From Mytilus trossulus (taxonomy: Eukaryota), in assembly GCF_036588685.1 (NCBI RefSeq), contig NC_086376.1, positions 83,121,630 through 83,185,629 on the forward strand: a stretch of DNA of 64,000 nucleotides, read 5' to 3'. The notes under the pieces were generated by a model, which was given only the letters and a program-made list of their open reading frames with translations, was not told the DNA's origin and searched no databases. Positions 14,069 through 27,176 of the stretch are shown one piece after another; within the stretch, counting starts at the first letter, position 1; each line of letters begins with the position of its first letter. A program made the translations under genes and the position numbers.

Positions 14069-15466
14069 TGTAGATACTAGTATTTATAGATTTACATATT
14101 TTTAATTTTTCAGGGGTCAAGGTGAAGGAGGAAGAAAAGAAGTCTTTCGAAAGTGGTTTGGTAATATTGGGGAATTGAGATCTCTATTTCCAGAGGCTAC
14201 AATACTGGTTTTGAGTGAAACTTGCACAGTCAAAATGTACATCCGCCAAAAAGTTATGAAACTTTTGCAATTAACTGGTGATACAAAAGAAATAAATATG
14301 TTGCCCAACAAATCTAACATCAAACTTGTGTTCTCAAAAATTAAAAATTAAATCGAGATGGGTATGACATGGTTTGTAGGTGCCTTAGAGGAAAAGTAAA
14401 GAGGTTTTCCAAGAACTATATTAGGATTGACATTGCAAAAAATTAACTTTCTTTTCAAGTAGTCACATATGAACCATGAAAATGAGGCTAAAGTCATTAG
14501 TCATATGACGGGTGGAAAGTTAGTAACATAGGACATCTATATACAAAGTATGAAGCATCAAGCCTACCTTTAATAATTATAAGTTCAAGTTACATGTATC
14601 GCCATTGCGCATCACTATCCCTAAGTTTTGCTTTCTGCTGAAGAAGACTCCGACCAGACAAAAAATAAAATTTGGTCCAAGTTGAAACCCTATGTTTGCA
14701 TATATAGTTCATAATTATGTGCTTTTCATTTATTGTTGTGATCAAACGTCTTTCCTGTTTGATTTGTTATACACAGATTTTTGGACCCTTTACCAGTTTG
14801 ATGTGAGGCAACTTGACGAAGTGACCTATGATTGTTGACTTTAACTAAATGGTGTCTTTGATCAAGAGATGTTTTATTTGTAATCATACCACATCTTCCA
14901 TTCACTAAATTAACAAAAAGACTTTAACCTTGTTGTGGTAAGCAGGCCGTACAAAAGAACAAGTAAACACACCAAAGGCACATAGACTACATAAATGTCT
15001 GCCATTGTACAAGTGAGCTGAACCCCAAAAAATATATCAAATGCATTTTATAATCAGAAACTAATAAAGCAATAACACTGACATGATATTATTATTGGAT
15101 TTAAATCTTCCAGTTGATCATTGTTAAAGGTAGTATTGTTAACTTTTTATGGTCATAGCATGAATGTACTAGTATTGTTACCTATTCATGGTCTCTTTTG
15201 GGTAATTGTCCTATTAACAATCATATCTATAATACGGCATGTTTGGATATTTCAAGACTCATTTACTTATAACCAGAGAGCATGCATTGTTCATTCTTTG
15301 CTGAAAATTCATAAGAAAACATCTAATGCAAATTCAGGACAATCATTTAATGAATTCATTAGAAGTGGTCACTGTAAAAACAGAACAAATATGTTTTCTG
15401 TTTGAACAAATTATATCATGCATTGAAGAAGATTTTAACTAAGTTCAAATGTGTGTGTTACGAAGG

Positions 15467-15630
15467 TACGGAAGTCTATAAGGGCCATTCAAAAATTATA
15501 TGTCGTTATTACGACATCGCTATGTCGTAATTTCGACATAACATGTCGTTATAACGACATCGCTATGTCGTAATTTCCACATTACATGTCGTGATAACGA
15601 CATCACTACGTTGTAATAACGACATCACTA
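15467..15630. mobile_element. Left end of a TACGG-terminated element with a 21-bp palindromic-unit array
   Basis: Starts TACGGAAG; about 6 units of ATGTCGTTATAACGACAT+3 nt at ~15499-15627. Confidence 0.55.
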
Positions 15631-15902
15631 TATATAAAAGAATATGTATTATGATTGGCAAGAAACTAAAATACACAGAAATTAACAACTATAGGTCATC
15701 ATAATGCCCCCAATATTTCAAAAAGCCTCCACATAATCAGCTATAAAAGAGGGAGGAAAGATACCAGAGGGAGAGTCCCCGAAATGCTGTGTGGCAGACA
15801 GTGTTATTAATTGTTAGCTCCCTTTGGTAAAACTCCAAATTTCATATTTAATATGTATTGCATGTCAAATAATTTACATGAAGGTTAATAAGTACTATAT
15901 AT

Positions 15903-16222
15903 TTTTAGCTCACCTGGCCCTTTATTAAACCAGATTGTTGGGTTGCTGCCCTTGAATTTGTAATTTTAGGGAAATTTTGCTGTTTTTGGTTATTATCTTG
16001 AATATTATTATAGATAGAGATAAACTGTAAACAGCAATAATGTTCAGCAAAGTAAGATTTACAAATAAGTCAACATGACCAAAATGGTCAGTTGACCCCT
16101 TTAGGAGTTATTGTCCTTTTAAGTCAATTTTTAACCATTTTTCATAAATTTTATATATCTTTTACAAAAATCCTTTCCTCTGAACCTGCTGGGCTAAATT
16201 TATCCAAACTTGGCCCCAATCA
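15903..16222 (+). mobile_element. Internally deleted HINE-like repeat
   Basis: Same head and body as 12304-13215. Confidence 0.55.
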
Positions 16223-16375
16223 TCTTTGCCAAAATATAAAAGAAAATACTACATGTAGGACTTTAAATTTGAGATTTATAAAAACTGCATATTCTAAGTT
16301 ATTCTATGTAATTTAAAACCACGTTTTTGTTTTGTTAAAATGAACGAAAATATTTGTTTGCATTGTTCATTTAAG

Positions 16376-16423
16376 AACGTTAGATGCAGATTTATTCCAA
16401 GGTTTGACTGCTCATCAATACTT
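16376..16423 (+). pseudogene. Orphan, 5'-truncated LRR exon (..TLDADLFQGLTAHQYL)
   Basis: 3' two-thirds of an LRR exon with GTAAGT donor. No AG at the 72-bp position; a cryptic TTAAG at 16371-16375 would keep phase 2. Confidence 0.6.
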
Positions 16424-16689
16424 GTAAGTAAAGGTGTAAATTAGACATACGAATTTTTACTACTGTGATTTCACTTAATTTTATTGGATTGAAAGAAACT
16501 TTTCTTTTTATCGATATTTGTTTTCTTGGTATTGTGAAATCTTTAGAATATATGTAACATTTGAATTGGAGTTTGCCTATACCCACAAAATCCACAAATA
16601 TTAATTATCCCACAGTAAGGAACAGTAAGTCTTACTTAGAATCTTCTATCTGGTTTCATGAATCTGAGTATACCGTATGTATGCAAGTC

Positions 16690-17720
16690 AACAAATGGTT
16701 GAAATACTGTTTAGCCATTGTTGGGCAAAGCATTGGAAAGCAGTCCTGAAGCATAAAACGAAATTACCAACAAAATATCAGTTGAGTTCTTGGCCTTGTC
16801 GTGATGCAGTTTTTCCGATTAAGATACAATAGCTAACAAACTGACCGATAGATTGAAAGACTGTGCGAATATAACAATACCAGCGGGTAGCATAAATCCT
16901 AAAACTAAGAAGTATTGGTCAGGATAAATAAAAACAAGCACATACAGCTGAACGTTTGTCTAGCAGGAAATGGGTGCACCAAGGCAGACCCAAGGGGGTG
17001 AACTTCTCACATTAAATACAAATCTGCGAAAAAAACGATTTCCGGATTAAAGTTTTACATACAATGGCTACATGGCCAGTACTTACCGTGAAATCGACGA
17101 AGCAGCTGCGTGTGATGTTAAACTCTTTTATTCGCTTAATTTCTGTCAGAAAACCCGTAAAACTAACCAAATTTCGGAAATACTATATAACAACCGATAA
17201 CGTAAATATCATAAAGCTAATGTTCTTACTGACTTTTATGCCGACATTTATATACCAAACAAAAATTCTAAATTTGACAGTGATTTTATTGCCTATGTGA
17301 CTGAATTCGTAGATAGCACACTCGAGTCATGTGCAACAAATAATGGCCTCCTCTAAGGAGGTAAAATATCCTTGTACGAATTCCAAACAATGATTAGAAA
17401 TGTCAAGCTACGAAAGGCACCAGGATACGATAAGCTGCAAAATGACCAAATATCAGAAACATGCCGACAAGGTGGTGTACAATCTTCTTTTCTTTACTTG
17501 GTTTACATTGATGACCTATCAAATGAATATGATTTAGTTGGAACTGCAAATATTTCTATAATTCGTACAATTAATCTATCATTTGCTGGCGATTTAGTTT
17601 GTATTGGTACTTAACCAAAAGGACTCCAAATTATGTTGAATTATTCGTACGATTATTCACTTAATTGGATTTAGTTTAATCCTCTGAAATCTGTTATTTT
17701 ATGCTACAAAACTGAACTAG
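16690..17720 (+). mobile_element. Decayed non-LTR retrotransposon (LINE) RT fragment
   Basis: ORF 17372-17614 has KAPGYD, RQGG...FLYLVYIDDL and FAGD (degenerate FADD) motifs, with internal deletions. Confidence 0.7.
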
Positions 17721-18431
17721 ACCATGTCTCCAATCTAGTTTTAACTTTTTAACTAAGGCTATTAAGCAGTTATCTGGAAGTATAAATTCTATGATGTAGC
17801 ATCTTGTACCAGCTGTTATTATAACAAAATCATCTTCCTCTGAGGTTTTCCTGAAATTTGTCAGAAACAAACAATGTATTGTTTTCCTTCACTGTGATTG
17901 ATTGTTTGTTGGTTGCTAAACTTCAAAGTGGCAAATATTTCATGTGTTTAAGGAAATCCTATATTGTGTGTTGTGTGTTTATTTTATATTTTATCGAATT
18001 CATCGTTCTAGAAATAAAAATGAATACGAATTATAAATTATTATTACAGAAACAATAATGTTGTTGTAGGCGAGATCACTCGACCTATCAACACGTTTGG
18101 GAAATCATATTAACTAGCAAATCTTCAATTTATTTTTTGAATAGGCTACGTCAAGGACCAATGAAGTGCTATTTCGTTGAATGTTTAAGGGGATGAGTAA
18201 TTTCCGTTTACTTTCAAGATCGGAGATGATAAAGTTGCCGACCATTGCATACATACATGCTATTCAAAAAGAAAGAAAACATTTTTGTTCTGCACATTAT
18301 TGAGTACATTTCCATGTTTCTTCATATACACTATTTTAACATGCATTGTCGGATTGAAGTTTAAATTTCATGTATACACATTGAATTTTCGAAGTGGTTT
18401 GAATATGTGTATATCAATTTATACGGAAGTA

Positions 18432-18472
18432 ATGAAAGTAACATTAGTTAAATGGATGTCAGGACCAAACAG
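18432..18472 (+). CDS. Candidate first coding exon of LRR gene copy 2 (MKVTLVKWMSGPN-R)
   Basis: ATG to AG|GTAAGT, phase 2, paralogue of 7197-7237. GGACCAATGA is conserved upstream in both copies (~7125, ~18155). Confidence 0.4.
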
Positions 18473-20190
18473 GTAAGTGAACAAAAAATATCTTTTTATT
18501 GAGATAAGAACGGAAGAGGATTTCTTTTTGATGAATATAATAAAAAATGCATCTCATTATTCTGTAATTTACTTTTCATATTATATAGAGGTGTGGTAAT
18601 TTTATTTTTATCAGTAAATGCTTGAAATACGTGCTCCTTCTCCCTAAATGGTACAAGGAAACCCCAATATGATTTATAAAATTAATCAAATGTTTATAAC
18701 TTTGAATTCACGATCATTGTATCTGTATTGATGTTTTCTGGTCTTCACCAAAATAGCTTAATATCAAGGTAGTATATAGTTGTTTCAAACATAATTTTAT
18801 GAAATTTCAGCTATATGTTCAAAAAAGTGACGCTTAGCTATATATGGCAAAACTTTTGTGGATTTTTGGTCCTCAATGCTTTTCAACCTCGTACTTAATG
18901 TTGCACTTTTTTAACATTTTTGATCGAGTGCCAATGGTGAGTCTCATGTTGACGAATCGCGCGTCTCTCGCAAATATAACATTGTTATCCTGGTATTTAT
19001 GATGAGTTCATGTAACAGAGCTAGTTCTGTTTGACTCCACCATGCTATGAATATTTTGGGAAAGTTTATGACAGATCAAACTTTCCTTTCTTGTAGATAT
19101 CATTATGATTCTACACCAAGTTGATTTTATTATAACAACTTGTACAAATAGCATACAAACAGGAAACACAATTTATTTTGTTTCCAACATTGTTAATAAG
19201 TGTATATAAATCTTTTAAATCTTGAATATATATCATTCACTCTTTTATTCTTTTTTCTATAAGATATAATTATGGAAATAAGTTTAGTTTTTTATTATCT
19301 ATATATTGTCCCACAAATATTTATGATTTCCAAGTATTCCTCTTTGTTTTTTCCTGTGACCTTGTCATGTTTCCAGTTTGAGAAGGAAGTTTGTGATTTT
19401 CTAGCTGTGAGAAATAACCGGAAATTTTTATCATTAACTGTTGAGACTGGATTCTTTTTTAAACATCGTTATGACTAATATGAACAACTATTTGTATATG
19501 TTATTATAAGATGTCCATTTTTGTTTGATGTACTCGTCTGTTTATTTGAACAATATTGTCACTAACATCATTTTGTATATTTGTCATTATTTATCGTTTT
19601 TTGGCATTTTTTTTCATTTTCAGAGAAATCATTTTAAATCCTGCATTCAAAGCCCACTTCTTTGACATACACATCCATTTATTCAGACAATTTGCATACT
19701 ACACCGTTTCAAAAACCATTTATGAAATAATTTGTCGTTATAACTATTATGCTCAGCAATGATGATTGATTTTGTCATTATATTTTCTAATAAGAACTCA
19801 AAAGAACTATCTATTGTTTTGTGAGCAAATCAGAATATCAACGTTAAGAAAGCAAAGCAAAAAAAGAACAATAAAAAGACTTTGTTCAATTCAAAACAAA
19901 CAGCTTTGCTAAATACACTGTCTGACTTCATTTTATTCTAGATTTCATAAGGACCACTATAGTAATGGATTTGAAATTTCTTTCTATGAAAATGTAGAAA
20001 TGATGTCAGCATTCTTTGAAATAATCAATTAAAATCTTCCATATAAATGTGCAAAGCCATGAATAGTGATATTAAAAGCATATTTCAGGGTATGCATTGT
20101 TTTTCAATAAATGTCTTTCCGATACTTTCCAAACAAAAACATGTTTGTATTTATGAATATGACTAATGCAGAAATACATTTTTTTTTCAG

Positions 20191-20262
20191 ACATCTGAAC
20201 AGCAGTCCGATCAAAACGTTAAATGCAAATTTATTCCAAGGTTTGACTGCTCTTCAAGACTT
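20191..20262 (+). CDS. 72-bp LRR exon, type A (HLNSSPIKTLNANLFQGLTALQDL)
   Basis: Poly-T-CAG acceptor, GTAAGT donor, phase 2-2. Confidence 0.8.
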
Positions 20263-21357
20263 GTAAGTAAATAAAATCGGGAAAAAATCCTTGCTTTTAT
20301 GTTTTGCCGCTTGTATTACAACTAATTTCTCATTATATAAATATTTAACCTAAAATTACATTATCGTATGGTAATTTCTCTTTTCCCTATATTTTTAATT
20401 TTACCAACGATTTACATGTTACCAAGAAATAGGTGTATGTCGTTTACAAAGTAATTTAAATGCCTCTGCTAAAAAACGTAATTTGACCAATGGTTCACAG
20501 TGTTAAAGTTGACGTCATCCTTGTGAAGGTTTCACGATCATCAACTAACCGGTACCGATATGATTCATCTATGTCACATATGACAGGAATATGTAATAAC
20601 CACTTCCCTGTTATCTGTTCTTTTCTCTGAGTGTGACATTACCGTATGCTAAAAAGATGTTATCACAGAATTTTAACTAACAATGAGCAGTACAAGTGTT
20701 GCTTTGGGAGCAATATCTGCCTTCTATACTGGATTACCTATCATCATATCGGAGTTTAAGTATTGCACAGTCTTTAATTTTGTATATAGTGTTGTATATG
20801 CTATTCGTCAGTGTTCAGTGTTATATTGTCATGGCTTTGCCACGTCTCTTCGACTTGCGGGTTTAAAATGTTCCTTCCCCCTCTTTTTCACATGTTCTAT
20901 TGTAGACTACTTAGTACCTATATACAGGAAGATGTTATATGAGTGGCAATGAGACAACTCTATATCTAAGAACAAATTTATAAAAGTAAACAATTATGGG
21001 TCAAGGTACTGTCTTCATCACGGAGCCTTGACTTACACCCAACAGCAAGCTGTATATTTTGTATGTATAGGTATAAACAAGCCTTATTTATATACATTAT
21101 GTTTTACTTTAATTGATAAATTCCTACAAATAAAAAATCAAAAGGTAGAAGGTTCCAAAATATTTAAAATTCTTCATAAAATCAAAAACAAACTAAATAA
21201 AGATTCATTTAAAAGAACAACCATGAGATGGTACTATACCGCTTATCATTACAGTTAAACGTGAGTACCAGTTTTTATTCAAATAGCTACTAGTATATCA
21301 ATTTCAAGAATGTTACCAATGAAATGCAGAAATAAATTTCGAAAACGTTATTTTCAG

Positions 21358-21429
21358 GAACTTGAATAGAAAACTGACCACCATGATCGTTGCTAACTTG
21401 TTCCAATGGTCGACGGCTCTTGTAATCTT
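21358..21429 (+). CDS. 72-bp LRR exon, type B (NLNRKLTTMIVANLFQWSTALVIL)
   Basis: TTTTCAG acceptor, GTAAGT donor, phase 2-2. Confidence 0.7.
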
Positions 21430-22652
21430 GTAAGTAAATTGGTTCTGCAAAGAATCATTTCCGACATTTGCTGTTGTTGTATTGTCCTTCTTATTCTATT
21501 TCATATACAATTGCATTCTTTTTTGTTTTTATTTAAGTAATTCAATTTTTTGTAATGTCTTTTTGGCGTGACTTTTTGTTTATCCTGCCATTATGATATT
21601 GTGCTGTGCTCACATTTTGCATCCTTGTCTTTCATTTTTGCTAATCAGCTTAATATATAAAGTGTCTATATGCCGTTTTGTATTTCTTTGTGTGACAAAA
21701 CAATATATATTTATGTGATTAAGATTATGATGACTACTGTACCCGAATGATGCCATTCTTACCAATGATGTCTGTGCTCAATATAATGGAACTATATGTG
21801 ACTGTCATAAAAATAAGGGATTTAGAAAGTTAAAATATAGGTAAACCAATCGTTTTCTACAAAATAAAATGCCTGTACCAAGTCAACTAATAACCAACTG
21901 TGTATATTTTGAATTCGCCATTATGGTATCTGTATGTATGTCTCCTGGTCTTGACCAAAGAAGTATATATCAAGGATATGATATAGTTGCATCAAACATA
22001 ATTTAATCAAACCCCAGCTATATATATCAAAAGGTAAAATGTAACGCTAAGCTATATATGGCAAAACTTTTAGGATTTTTTGGTCCTCAAATCTGTAACC
22101 TCGTACCTTTTTTGGCCTTTCTAACATTTTTTTATTTGAGCGTCGCTGGTGAAACTTTTGTAGACGAAACGCGCGTCTAGGGCAAAAATAAAATTTTACC
22201 CGCGGTATATATGATGAGTTGATATAACAGAGCTAGATCTGTTTTACTCCACCATGTTATAAATATTGCAAAATGTTTTATAACAAATCTCACTTTATCT
22301 ACTTGTATATAGGATTGTGTTACTACACTTAGTAGATTTTATTATAACAACTTGTACTTGAGAAATTGTATACAAACAGGAAAGACTCGCAATTATAATT
22401 ATAGAGGTTTTTAACACTGTTAATACTTATTATAACTCATTAAAAATGCAGTAATACTGATAATAAACATGAGTTTTAAATTTTGCTTTTAGAAGACATT
22501 GAAGAATATATACAAGTGCAAACCATGAATATTAATATTAGAAGCATATTTCAGGGTATGCATTGTTTTTCAACAATTGTCTTTCCGATACTTTTTAAAC
22601 GAAACAATGTTTGTATTTGTGAATATGACTAATGCAGAAATACATTTTTTAG

Positions 22653-22724
22653 GCACCTGAACAGCAGTCCGATCAAAACGTTAAATGCTAAATTATTCCA
22701 AGGTTTGACTGCTCTTCAAGACTT
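22653..22724 (+). pseudogene. 72-bp LRR exon, type A, donor site lost (HLNSSPIKTLNAKLFQGLTALQD)
   Basis: Near-identical to 20191-20262 but followed by CAAAAC instead of GTAAGT. Confidence 0.75.
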
Positions 22725-23284
22725 CAAAACTAAATCGGGAAAAAAATCCTAGCTTTTATGTTTTGCTGCGTGAATTACAACTTATTTCTCATTCTATACA
22801 TATTGAACCTAAAATAACATTATCTCATGGTAATTTCTCTATTCCTTATACATGTATTTTTAATTTTACCAACGATTTAAATGCTACCAAGAAATAGGTG
22901 TATGTCGTTTAAGCCCCAATCCCATTAGACCACGATCGCCCGTCGCTCACCACGATCTAAAATAAATTTCGTGGTGAGATCGCGGTATAAGTGGCATGAA
23001 AATGTACATTTTCGTTGCTTTAACGATGCTTCTACGTCGTCATTACGCTTATACAATGATCCCGCTACGATTATCCCACGTTCTCACCACGTTTATTCTG
23101 CGACCTCACTACGATTATCAAGACCTTTCTACGCTCTTCACGTTCTCACTACAACCATACCGCGATTTATGCGATTGCAACACGATCTTACCACGCTTCT
23201 ACTGCGATTACAGCACGCTCGTCCCACGACCTTAGTACGACCTTATATACCATGCTCATACCCCGATCTTACTACGCTCTCAAC

Positions 23285-23900
23285 AATAATGCATGTGGTC
23301 ATTTTTATAAATTTCCTGTCACAAAATTTTGAATTTTTTGAAAAACTAAGGATTTTCTTATCCCAGGCATAGATTACCTTAGCCGTATTTGGCACAACTT
23401 TTTGGAATTTTGGATACTCAATGCTCTTCAACTTTGTACTTGTTTGGCTTTATAAATATTTTGATATGAGCGTCACTGATGAGTCTTATATAGACGAAAC
23501 GCGCGTCTGGCGTATTAAATTATAATCCTGGTACCTTTGATAACTATTTACACCACTGGGTCGATGCCACTGCTGGTGGACGTTTCGTCCCTGAGGGTAT
23601 CACCAGCCCAGTAGTCAACACTTCGGTGTTGACAGGAATATCAATAATGTGGTCATTTTTATAAATTTCCTGTCACAAAATTTTGAATTTTTTGAAAAAC
23701 TAAGGATTTTCTTATCCCAGGCATAGATTACCTTAGCCGTATTTGGCACAACTTTTTGGAATTTTGGATACTCAATGCTCTTAAACTTTGTACTTGTTTG
23801 GCTTTATAAATATTTTGATATGAGCGTCACTGATGAGTCTTATATAGACGAAACGCGCGTCTGGCGTATTAAATTATAATCCTGGTACCTTTGATAACTA
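23285..23900 (+). mobile_element. Non-LTR retrozyme, family 1: tandem 354-bp units with two intact type I hammerheads (23471-23512, 23825-23866)
   Basis: CGTCA-CTGATGA-GTCT(tatat)AGAC-GAAA-CGCGCGTC-TGGCG occurs twice, 354 bp apart; nested in the Harbinger element. Confidence 0.9.
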
Positions 23901-23965
23901 CTATCAGCACCGAACTCCATATGAATACTGTTTAATTTCTTCTATTTCTCATTTATAAGAATATT

Positions 23966-24268
23966 TTACGGGAACAACACAGACATGCCACCATCGAACA
24001 TCTCTGGAGGCATTCTTAAAAAATTGAAGAAGAAAGGTTCATCCTCAATTCTTAACTTTTTTATCAACTTATCATAATGACCAAACTGGAGTCTCCTATC
24101 CGTTGCTAACCAAGGACGAAACCAAAAGGACCTACGTCGTCTAAATGTTCTTCGAATCCTTCTTCTTCGCTCTCTCAATAACAATATCATGGCTTGGTCG
24201 TTGAGATTTTGTATCTGAGGTTTTGATTGAAGAAGCAGAACTACATGTACATGGTCTTGTGTTTCCAT
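23966..24268 (-). pseudogene. N-terminal fragment of a Harbinger (HARBI1-type) transposase
   Basis: RRRRSFWFRPWL...GHYDKLIKKLR..D...FFNFLRMPPEMFD motif, lying inside the TTA-flanked TIR element; truncated. Confidence 0.8.
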
Positions 24269-25410
24269 GGTTCAATTCAAATTGATGTTTTAAACAAAAA
24301 CTGGAGAGCATTTATATATTTATGTGACAATGACAATGAGCCTGACAATAACTCGAAATAGTCGTAGAACGAACGTATACAGGTCAAAAGAAGAGCGTGG
24401 TGAGGACGGCATAAGCGTGCAAGAATCGTACTATGGTCTTGAAGAGCGTGGTGTTAACTTGGTATAGTCGTAGAGGGTGTGTAGTTGGGTCGCGGTGAGA
24501 ACGTAATGATCATAGAGAGGTCGTAATAACGTCGCTGTGAGATCGTAGCGTAGTCTCCCCGAATAGAATCACGCTCTCGCTACGATGGCACAGCGACCTT
24601 TACGATCTTACTACGACCTTACTGCGCTCTCACTACGCTTCCACTACGACCTGATTTCGCCACGACCGCACTACGCTTGTTTTTAACATGTTTTAAGTTG
24701 GCCACGCTCATCACGATCTCCAAGACCTCACCATGACCGTATTCCGACCACACTGCGATCTACACGATCGCACTACACTCGTGAAAATTAGCATTTTGTT
24801 CACAGGTCGTAGTGCGATCGTGGCCTAGAGGGACTGGGGTATTACAAAGTAAATAGATAAGATATATATTTTTTTTAAATTGAGATCATGTCTTCAAACA
24901 GCAGAATGTTATGATCAATTTACTGATATACACCCTCGATATGTAATGAATACCATAAACGGTACCCATGTTTCTGCACCAGATGCGCATTTTTGACACC
25001 AAAATATCTAAAACTTCTTAAGCTTATTTAAAGGATGAAGAGCAATGAACCGATAAAAAGATATAAAAAAGCAGGACAAGGAATCAGAGTTACACATGAG
25101 GGAGATACATACCTGACTTTCAAATAATTTGAAAAAAAATATAACAGCGTATTTTAAGAACACAAAATTCGTTTATAAATTTTAGAAACAACACTCATAA
25201 AAATATTGATTTGAACTACTTATTTTTTATTCGTCTATCCGTCGAAATTGAAATAAAGGATATTACAGATACAGTTAAGTATGCAACTCATCGTCATTTA
25301 CGCCTATAAATTGAAAAAATATGTATGGGGTCAGTTAACGACAAAACTGTAGGGTAGCATAGATGATTTGATACTCCGATTTGTAAACTTGCCATTTCAT
25401 CTCCTATTCA

Positions 25411-25928
25411 TGCTTCATGCAAAGGTCTGATTCCTTTCACGGATGTGGCTTTACTTTTTTTTTGACCTTTTGGATTATAGCTCTTCATCTTTTATATAAA
25501 AGCATCACTGAAGAAACATGTGTTGTCGAAATACGCATCTGGTGCAGGAAAATTGGTACCGTTAATGTTATTACTACCACTGGGTCGATGCCTCTGCTGG
25601 TGGACTGTTAGTCCCCGAAAGTATCATCAGCCCAGTAGCCAGTACTTCGGTACTGGCATGAAAATACGGATGTTTTGTGTTATTTAAATTTGCTGTAAAA
25701 AAATGTTAGAAATTATTATAAATTCAGGAATGTATCTCCCTCATGCAAAGCTCTGATTCCTTTCACGGATTTGGCTTTACGTTTTTGGACCTTTTGGATT
25801 TATAGCTCTTCATCTTTTATATAAAATTTGGATTTCAAATATTTTAGCCACGAGCATCACTGAAGAGATATGTATTGTCGAAATGCGCATCTGGTGCAGG
25901 AAAATTGGTACCGTTAATGTTATTACTA
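25411..25928 (+). mobile_element. Non-LTR retrozyme, family 2: 352-bp units, hammerheads at 25502-25545 (mutated) and 25854-25897 (intact)
   Basis: GCATCA-CTGAAGA-GATA(tgtat)TGTC-GAAA-TGCGCATC-TGGTGC. Absent from the paralogous position at ~9090. Decayed minus-strand copies at ~8855-8960, ~24950-25140 and ~58557-58760. Confidence 0.85.
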
Positions 25929-27104
25929 TACACTATTCCAGAGTTTGCGTTTCCTATTGTATTTAAATGCCTCTGCTAAGAAAGAAGTAATTGAACCAAG
26001 GGTTCAAAGTGTTAAAGTTGACGTCATCCTTGTGAAGGTTTTGCGATCTAACCGGTACCGATATGGTTCATCTGTGTCACATATGAAATGAATATGTCTC
26101 ATTGTAATAACCACTTCTCTTTCCTGTTTTTTTCTCTGATTGTGACATTACCGTATGCTCTTTTTCACATGTTCCATTGCATACCTCCTATATACAGGAA
26201 GATGTTATATGAGCGGCAATAAGAAACTCCATATCCAAGTAAATATTTATAAAAGTAAACAATTCTAGGTCAAGGTACTGTCTTCATCACGGAGCCTTGA
26301 CTTATACCGACTAGTAAGTTGTCTATTTTGTATGTGTAGGTATAAACAAATTGTCTTTATGCTAAAGCCTTATTTATATATGTTGTGTACAAGATAAAAG
26401 TTTGTACAAATTATAATTTGTACAGGGTTTTTGTACAAGTTATAAATTTTTTTATACCTACCTTCTTGCAACAGGTGACACAGGTTTATCTTATGAAATG
26501 TACCTGCGTAATGTTTTAAATTAAAAAAATATATACTTCAACCTAACAGTTAGGGCTATTTTCCTTGTCTTCAAACTGAAAATGAGAATACCTGAATGGT
26601 TGAAATTCTAATTTTATTTTTCTCATTTTACCATATTCATATCCATACAAAATCTTTGTGTGGTCTTATAATGTTTTTGTTTCAATGCCATTTATTAGAC
26701 TACATTATGAAGTTGTGAAAATATCCGAAGCAAAAGACTGGGGGCTTGCATCATCCATTTTTATTCAGCAGGTCATAAAATACTGATAACTTTACCACAT
26801 TACAACTTGTACATAACATATACCTCATGTTTTGACTGAAATTGATAAATTCCTACAAATATAGACTCAAAATGTAGAAGATTCCGAAAGATTTCAAATT
26901 TTTCAAAAAATCAAAAACAAACTCCATTTCAAACATAAAAAAGATACATTTTAAAGAAAAACCATGGGATGGTACTTATTATCCTATACCGCTATTAATC
27001 AATACAATTATACATCAGTAATAGTTTTCATTCAAATAGCTACATCAATTTCATGGATATAACAAATGAAATGCAGAAATAAATTTTAAAAACGTTATTT
27101 TCAG

Positions 27105-27176
27105 GAACTTGAACAGAAAACTGATCACCGTTATCGTTGCGAACTTATTCAGATGTTGGGCGGCTCTTGGAATCTT
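27105..27176 (+). CDS. 72-bp LRR exon, type B (NLNRKLITVIVANLFRCWAALGIL)
   Basis: TTTTCAG acceptor, GTAAGT donor, phase 2-2. Confidence 0.7.

Larger units (their letters stand above)
22912..24841. mobile_element. PIF/Harbinger DNA transposon, internally deleted
   Basis: Imperfect TIRs (AGCCCCAATCCCATTAGACCACGATCGC / GCGATCGTGGCCTAGAGGGACTGGGGTA); TTA TSD (22909-11, 24842-44); empty site GTCGT-TTA-CAAAGTAA at ~20440; ACGAT/CTACG-rich subterminal repeats. Confidence 0.85.

Noticed and set aside
13857-14120. ORF with repeating SILSHKSQFCLTKVNFVSQK peptide
   Set aside because: It is a translation of a 20-bp DNA tandem repeat
22971-23431. Overlapping ORFs of 133, 79 and 62 aa
   Set aside because: They span Harbinger subterminal repeats and the retrozyme, with no protein motif
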